From Zygophlyctis sp. KS116 (lineage: Eukaryota > Fungi > Chytridiomycota), in contig BAAFSQ010000109.1 in the NCBI GenBank assembly GCA_054661495.1, positions 1 to 30,077 of the forward strand: a stretch of 30,077 nt of DNA. Direction: 5' to 3'. The notes beneath the pieces are model-generated. The model worked only from the letters and a program-made list of their open reading frames with translations, was not told the DNA's origin and did not search any database. A program made the position numbers and the translations under genes. Positions 23,255 through 30,077 of this stretch are shown here, in pieces. The first letter of the stretch is position 1. Every line of letters begins with the position of its first letter.

Positions 23255-24685
23255 CTACAAATTTAAAAATGAAAGGTAACTGCCTATCAGTTTAAAGAAC
23301 AGATATGGACATTTGTTTAGAATCACTTTAAACTCTAGTACCCCTAACCCGGAAGAGAAGGTTTCAAAGTAATCAAAACCACATTTCTGTGTGAATCCCT
23401 TAGCGACTAGTCTGGCTTTGAATCGTTTAACAGCACCATTTTTATCAAACTTTTTACTAAATACCCACTTGCATTTTACTGGCGATTTACTCAGATTCTT
23501 GAGGAGCTTAACTTGCCAAGTTTCAGCTTGCATGATTGACTTAATTTCTGTATCCATAGCTTGTTTCCATTCTGCACTCTCTGGGCCTGACATAGCTTCT
23601 TCAAAAGTGGTCGGGCAATCCATAAACATTGCAGCATTGAGGCATTTGTATAATTCAGCTCCATTAACTTCACTTATCGTAAGATCACAGTCTCTCGCTA
23701 GTGCTTTAAAGCCATCAATTTCGTCCACGTTTGATCCTCTTTGTGTCTCAATGTGACCATTGGAAATATCAGCATCTATATTATCGTAGCTAGTATTTTG
23801 GACCATTTCTGTTATTTCATTATCGTCGCTGATTGGTTCTTCATTGTTAGTAATATCTAAATCGTTTAAAGCTTGCTGCTCAAGAGATGAATAAAATGAG
23901 GCATAATCGTCGACAGTGCTGTTTTCAAGGGGCTCCATTACAGCCTCTTCGAGAAATTTTACATCACTTGAGTAAAGAATCTTTTGATCGAATTCACGAA
24001 GCAATTTGTAGCCATGAGTTCTTTCATGATTAGCATCATCATCACCATATCCCAGAAAACGGCATTTAACTCCAGTATTATCTAGTTTTCCGTTTACGTT
24101 CTTCCTTCTAGGCTGATGAATATAACAGATAACAGATTGATCCATAACATTAGACTCTTTTGAGTAGATGCTCATAAATATTGATTGTTGCTGATTATCT
24201 CTAACGATATGATTCAATGTATAAACCACACATATATGAGCGTCAGAATAGAACTTCAATGGAGCTTTGAAGATATATGACATGAGCGAGCAAGTTCCAG
24301 GACAGTTCGATGTGCCCTCTCTGCCCTTGTAGCTTGATGCTTTCTGGGTTAGGTTACGGTTAGTGTTAAAAATACTATGGACTGAATTATCAGAGAAAAG
24401 CGCAACATATGATGAATCGTTTTTATTAGATGATTCTTCTGCTGAATTAGCCATTTTGGTCCAACCATCCTTATCCCCAAAGTAACATTTTTCGGTGTTG
24501 TGACTTTTAGAAATTCTTTTCCGATATTTTAAGCAATAGCTGCATTTCCGATTTGAGTTCCCATTGACATTATTCGCACTAGCCAATTTTTGAACAGGTT
24601 CAAATGGGCTTAAATCTATCTGTATCTTCTTATTTCTATTTGCTTGCCCCAATGCGTAATACATCATTGAAAGGTTCTTCAGTTG
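23255..24685 (-). mobile_element. Copia remnant: gag zinc knuckle joined to integrase tail, linker and RT start
   Basis: CSYC...H....C knuckle, KLDNTGVKCRFLGY, PTTFEEAM..WKQAM, CKWVF, RFKARLVAKGFTQ..DYFETFS. Confidence 0.85.
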
Positions 24686-25015
24686 GCTATCTTGTATTTG
24701 TTGATGTTTTTTCTTCATACTCATCAATTTATCCTATTCTCTCAAAAACAGAAGTCACAGAAAAATTCAAACATTTCATGCTATGTGCTGAAAGAACAAC
24801 TGGAAAGAAGATCAAATGTGTTCGATCAGACGGTGCAAAAGAATATACCAATGGTGTATTTACGAACTTTCTTCAATCACAGGGTATACGACAGGATTTT
24901 TCACCTGCATATGCGCATGCATCAAATGGAATCAGTGAATCACGAATCCGTATCTTAGCTCAAATGTCCAGATCCATGTTGGAATATGCCAAACTACCTA
25001 ATAATCTAAAGTTTT
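24686..25015 (+). mobile_element. Copia integrase core fragment, opposite orientation to both flanks
   Basis: YLVFVDVFS, VRSDGAKEY, SNGISE..IR, RSMLEYAKLP. Confidence 0.85.
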
Positions 25016-25019
25016 AAAT

Positions 25020-26056
25020 ATATTGCAATTTGCCCCACTGTCTAATATAGTGGATATGGAAGATCTCAGGTACAACAAAGTAAGACACATTGATCTTGTT
25101 GTTGCAGTCTGATTTGCAGTCGTTAACAAAAGTCACAGTCGGATCGACTGCAACAAAAACTGCAGTGTCATCCAGAGTTATAACTCTGGAAGAAGAGAGG
25201 AACATTGAAAAAACTTCCTTGTTTGTTTGATTTTGTGGGCAATTTTGTAAGATTTTTCTCTTGTGTACTGAAAGCCTGATCAGACTCAGCGTCAAATGTT
25301 GGATCTGCAGAGATCAGATCAAACATTTTGAGTCTTTCAAGAATGTAAGATAGAGTTAAATCGTTTGACTTCATAACGCCATCAGATCCTTTAATTTGTC
25401 CAGAAAGATCAAATTGTGCTTTCACTGCAAGGTACTTGGAGTTAGGGAGTGCTTGAAGAAACAGTTCCACTTTCTCTATTTCAGTCAATTTCCTCCTGCA
25501 TCCATAAACTGCACATAGGTACCATGAAACTTGTTATAAAAACTGGTAAGGTCTGTTCCTTTCTTCATCTTTAGAGATTCCAATTGGTTTCTGCAAGATC
25601 GAATTGCAGCTTGACTTTTATCCTCAATAAGTTTTTTAATTGCAGCAAAATTTTCCTTTGAGGTTTTTGTCCACTCGAAATATGAACGAAAATCAGTAGA
25701 AAGCGCATCATGGATGAGTGCTTTGCCAAGATTATCTTTTTGAATCCATTTGGCAAGATCAGCTGGTTCAGAATCGGCTGGTTTGGCAAACGATCCGTCA
25801 ACAACTGTAATAATATTGTTTTTGTAGAAAGAAGAAGTTATATCTTGGAGCCATAGCTAAGCCATTTATATCCATTGTTGGATTTGAGCAGAAGTAAAGA
25901 TTGAATAGTTGATTGCATATTTCGACTGTTAATAGGAATTTAAAATAAAATGAGATGAATCTATTAATAGAAATTTGCTATTTATAGAGGAACGCCATGT
26001 GGCGGCATGCTGTTGGATCATATGAGAAGCTGACTAGAATTGATCAGATTCTGTCA
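25020..26056 (-). mobile_element. Copia 5' part: 5' LTR (~25927-26056), gag (ATG 25918), protease motif
   Basis: LTR TGACAGAATC...TTAACA with CTATAAATAG; gag-like EKVELFLQALP; ILDSGANCNI at ~25048-25020, then an abrupt break. Confidence 0.75.
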
Positions 26057-27239
26057 GAAATGACGAAGCCTCTAAGTCACACATCTAAGAAATGGTACAT
26101 TGGACTATTGGTAAGAAGAAAATAGAGAAGAAAAAAATAGCAGATTAGATATGATCATTTACAATAAATTTCTTTTATTTGAACTTAGGTATTTTACCAT
26201 TATTGGTGATTGTAGTCTTCTTCTGATAAACCTGAAACCCTAAAAATTTAATTCAATTATTAATTTAAGCCTCTGTAGGTATGAGTAGAGTACTCTGTGG
26301 GTTATTTTGATTCTTTCTAAAGTTGGATGGAAGCTTGACATCCGCAAATCGGCTAGGTTTAGTATACTTTTATTAATATTAGTATACTCAACCGAATGAA
26401 GAAAGGGCCGAGTTGAACGTAGGAAGACCAGTCTTATGAATGAAGAAGGCAAGAGAGTGTTGGAAAGAACAAAAGAGAAAAGAGGCACAGGAAAAGGGGA
26501 ATAGGAAGAGAGAAATAGAAAAATTCAAGTGAAAGATTTTCCAAGCAGAGTATCTCCTGATTATTTGAACCAGAAAAGGATCATCATAGTTCCTGATACG
26601 AGTTTTTTGGTTTGTCTTAGGAGACACTTAAACGTAGGCTGGATCTTAGCCTTTTTTTTGGATTTGCGGTTCGATATATGATAGAGTGAAGATCGCATTG
26701 GTTATTTTATATAGTATCGGACGGTGATGACCTATTTCATCTAAAAATAAGGAGTCCATAGTATTATTTATTAGATTGATTGAAAAAATAAAGGTAATAT
26801 CAATTCTACTGCGAGAGATTGAGGTATTTCCAATTTCTACCTCATGACTAAGCAAATGTGGGGATGGGTTAAGAATACGAGTGATATCAGAAAGATCAAA
26901 ATTATTTTCAAATGTTTATAATTGGGGTTTTTAATGGTACACGGTTTGTCACTACTAACCCTTAAGATTGTTAGAGATTTTTTATACTTTTTATGGGAAG
27001 GGGGTGGGTTGTATACAACCATATAATAGTTCGAATTGTTTAAGGGTTTTCATGCTATTTATACTTTACAGATAAAAAGTTCATTTTTTTTAGAGAATTG
27101 AAAATTTTAGTGTGTGGAATTTTATCTCAGGTAAAATTTCTATTTGAAATTGATATTCCGATTAAAATTACACGGTCTGCGGACCGCTCATTAATCGACG
27201 TAAAATTAGCGTATTTTCCGAACCGGAAAAAATTTACTT

Positions 27240-28087
27240 TGATCTATAAAAAGAATACAATAAATAGAATGCTACAATGCCATGCAAATCACGAGTGTAT
27301 ATGATCATCTTTCAACACACCCACTTGATCCGATACAGAAAAACGAGTACTTTGTTTCGTAGATATATGTACTGTGGCGATGGAAGAGCTTTAGTGAATA
27401 CATCTGCCTGCAATTCTTTAGTACCTTTATGTGTGACAGTGATTTTATAAGTTTTGATTAGATATTTAATAGAATGATATCGTATGTCAATGTGTTTCGT
27501 TCTGGAGTCCTTTTGGTGCTTTTGGTTAGTTCTATGGCACCCTGGTTAACTTTATATATAGTAATTCGTGGAAGAGAATGTTGAGTACATTAATGAAATA
27601 AACTCCTTCTTGAGCAGCTGCTGCTAATGCCATATGTAAAGAGATGAAACTCTTTAAAGATAAAATTTATTATTATTAACCTAGAACTAAAATAAACCTA
27701 TGAACTGATCACCTAGTACTTCCATATGTGAGATTCCCAAACCTACTTGTTTAGGCCTCAAACTCAAACCTACACTGTCAATCACGTTCATCTGAACTGA
27801 TCTGTCCCTCTACACATATTTTCACCTGATGAAAGTGTTACTGTAGATTGAAGCTTTGAGCTCCAAGATATCGGGGATTCTCCTAGCTTGAAAATTTATC
27901 TAGTAGCAGATCGTCTGTTATCGATTTCAGAGTCCCAGTTTGCATCCGCATATGCAGATGATAATCCATAGTTCCTTTTAAATAGCGTAAAACTCTTTTT
28001 GCACCTGCCCAACGTTCGAGTCCAGGATTGCTGTTGTATCTGCATAGTACACCCACTGCAGCAGCAATATCAGGGCGAGCTGTGCAC
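27240..28087 (-). mobile_element. Copia 3' remnant (RT end, RNase H, PPT, start of LTR at 27317)
   Basis: RPDIAAAVGVLCRY, KRVLRYLKGT, AYADANW, PISWSSKLQ, MALAAAAQE, RTKHIDIRYH, ADVFTKAL, then AAGTGGGTG followed by TGTTG. The far end of the LTR is uncertain. Confidence 0.85.
27645..27824. repeat. 180 bp solo-LTR-like insertion inside the RNase H remnant
   Basis: TGAAA...TTTCA ends; interrupts the LSS/EAEY motif; internal repeat TGAACTGATC twice. No matching TSD visible. Confidence 0.4.
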
Positions 28088-28911
28088 GCATGATACAGAA
28101 GGCGTCCAGTGAATGTTCAATAAGGAAATTTGCCATCAAGAGGATGAAAGTGAGGCAGTTTGAGGGGTTGGCTTTCCAAGGCGTTAGAACCCTAGATTCA
28201 CATTATGGCATCACTACTTTATTAGAAAGAATAAACTACCTTCACTTTCAGCATTTGAATCCGAATCCATCAATTAGCTGCCACGTTGAATTCCCATCTA
28301 ATCGATAAGTATCAATAAAGGGTTAAACCCATTTCCACTGGTATTTATTAAGTTCGCACCAACGATTTGCTCCGGCTAAGTATTCAGTTCACAAATGGTC
28401 ACTACTACCAACTATAAGTTCACGGTCGTTCCATAAATGTACGATAAATGGACATTGGTCACCCTACGCGTCTTAAGATGGTGGGGGTCATACCATTTTG
28501 AGGAGAGAGCCAATATTCTAATTCTTTTTGAAATTCTTCCAAGCCTAAATATTATAGTAATATTTAAGGCCATAATTGTCAGTATAGACCGAGGTAGGAT
28601 TTTTTTTTGTTTTTATTTTGCACATATATTTAGGGGCGGAAAATTTATTAAGGTGAGTCCACGACCCGGTCCACAGCCAGCTGCGACGCGTTAAGGACCA
28701 GGAATAAATATGCCCTAGGACATTTGATTTGTAATGACATTTGTAATCTTGCAATCTCAACTAATCTCAAAAACTAATGATTTTGCACATATATTACCAA
28801 AAATAAGGATTTATTTTAACAAGAGACAAGTGAAACAGATGAAGAAGATATAGATAAAGATGCTCTACTCTATCAGAGAATAATGTCTACTGTGCATAAT
28901 AAATTTCTTTA

Positions 28912-30077
28912 TTAATTAAACTTCAGATTTCTTAAGTCGAACTGATCATCCTTTTGAGAGTTAAATATTAAGTCACAGAGTCTACGAATGGACCTGTTTC
29001 CTCCTTTAACATTTTCCAAATGTTCAATAGCTTGCTGGATCTCGAAGCCAAAATCTAAAATTTCAAACATGCAATAAAATTACCATTCACCAATTTGTTA
29101 ATGGCTGTGTAAAGAGGCTTTCTACGATTGTAGAACCTGGTTTCTGAATCAGATCTTCGCCAATCATTCTTATTTTCTAGCAGAGGAATAATATATCTTG
29201 TATACTCTAACCAAGCAGCTCTAACAGTATTGATTTTTCTATCCATTTTGAAGTTTTCTTCTAAACATCCCTCAGCAATAACGTCATTAGGAGTGATAGA
29301 CTGAATTAGAGACGAAGGAGCGAATCGTTTGGGTGATTGAGATGGAGATTTCATTTGGTTCCCTATCTGACATAGGACTTCTCCAAAAATAGCCGGTTGG
29401 CATTGAACCACGCTTTCCAATGATGAAATTTTTTTTTCCACGTTCTCGTACATTCGAGAAATTCTGCTGTCTATTTGCAAAAGATGAGATTTCAAAAAAT
29501 TTGCGTCTCCACGTATTTCAGCGAGCTGCTCTGATACAACTGGTACCATTCTTTCTAATTCTCGATGCTCCGGAGTCTTAGATGATTCAATCACTTTCAA
29601 AATCAATACTTGAAAATCTTTAAAAGCTTGAAGTTTGAAAATCTCGTGCCCAAAAATACTGTGATTTTTAAATTCATCCAAAGTAAGAAGTATAGCTGCG
29701 TCTTGCAGTATTACTTTTCTTATATAATCAATTAATTGAAAAAAGTTGTTTCCTTTTTTTTAAATGATTAAAATTAACTACCTGCTAAATCTGAAGACTC
29801 CTCAGACTTTGTGAATTTTTCCTTTTCAGCAAAAAAATCTGGCAAAACTAATTTTACCAACTCCTCGGGAGGATCAACTTCAGCGCGAGCAATATAATAT
29901 CTTTTAGGCTCTGGGCCAAATCCAGCAGTCACTCTTACTGCCTCCCACGGGACGCATGAATTGCTGTAAGCTCCATTACGAGACTTTGTTGCCCAGTGGC
30001 CATGTTTATCCACTGAAGCAGCACTAGCGCCCAAACTTTCAAGACCAGCCCCCTTTTTCCTACCAGTTTGCGTTACT
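28912..30077 (-). CDS. Crypton-like tyrosine-recombinase/Ndc10 domain II protein with C-terminal GCR1_C-like domain (5' part outside the window)
   Basis: TQTGR..GA....LG.S...DKHGHW....NGAY...PWEAVRVTAGF, RKVILQDAA, FKMDRKINTVRAAWLEY...WR..SETRFYNRRK. Two 29 nt GT-AG introns (29753-29781, 29055-29083); TAA at 28914-28912. Confidence 0.8.

Noticed and set aside
13423-24958. Tracked ORFs at 13423, 13823, 18007, 20339, 20786, 21413, 22338, 23391, 23491 and 24683
   Set aside because: Antisense or off-frame shadows of transposon coding sequence; 18007 lies opposite a Copia-like PTTVKEA motif.
26240-28760. Short tracked ORFs in the distal island
   Set aside because: No motifs, low complexity, several with non-ATG starts; consistent with chance.

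Overview
AT-rich eukaryotic nuclear DNA, most likely from a zoosporic/early-diverging fungus (inference from fungal-type CenH3, TGL-type lipase and PRE4 together with DNMT2 and a GAF-PDE). The window has two parts. (1) About 0.5-12.2 kb is an extremely compact block of 8 intron-containing genes: DNMT2, paraoxonase, TGL-type patatin lipase, gephyrin/Cnx1, centromeric histone CenH3 (missed by the ORF track), proteasome beta7, a MAU2-like helical protein and a GAF-GAF cyclic nucleotide phosphodiesterase. All 36 introns I could reconstruct are 24-30 nt. All four co-directional junctions among these genes are either stop/start overlaps (TAATG, ATGATG) or 16-18 nt gaps, an operon-like layout. The lipase gene carries an internal ~239 bp inversion, and the MAU2-like gene appears to need a GA-AG intron. 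(2) About 12.3-30 kb is a nest of decayed transposons: hAT, several Ty1/Copia (one with paired LTRs and a TSD) and a Helitron-like Rep/PIF1 remnant. It ends in an apparently open Crypton/Ndc10-II + GCR1_C gene. Gene models were spliced by eye and no database searches were run.
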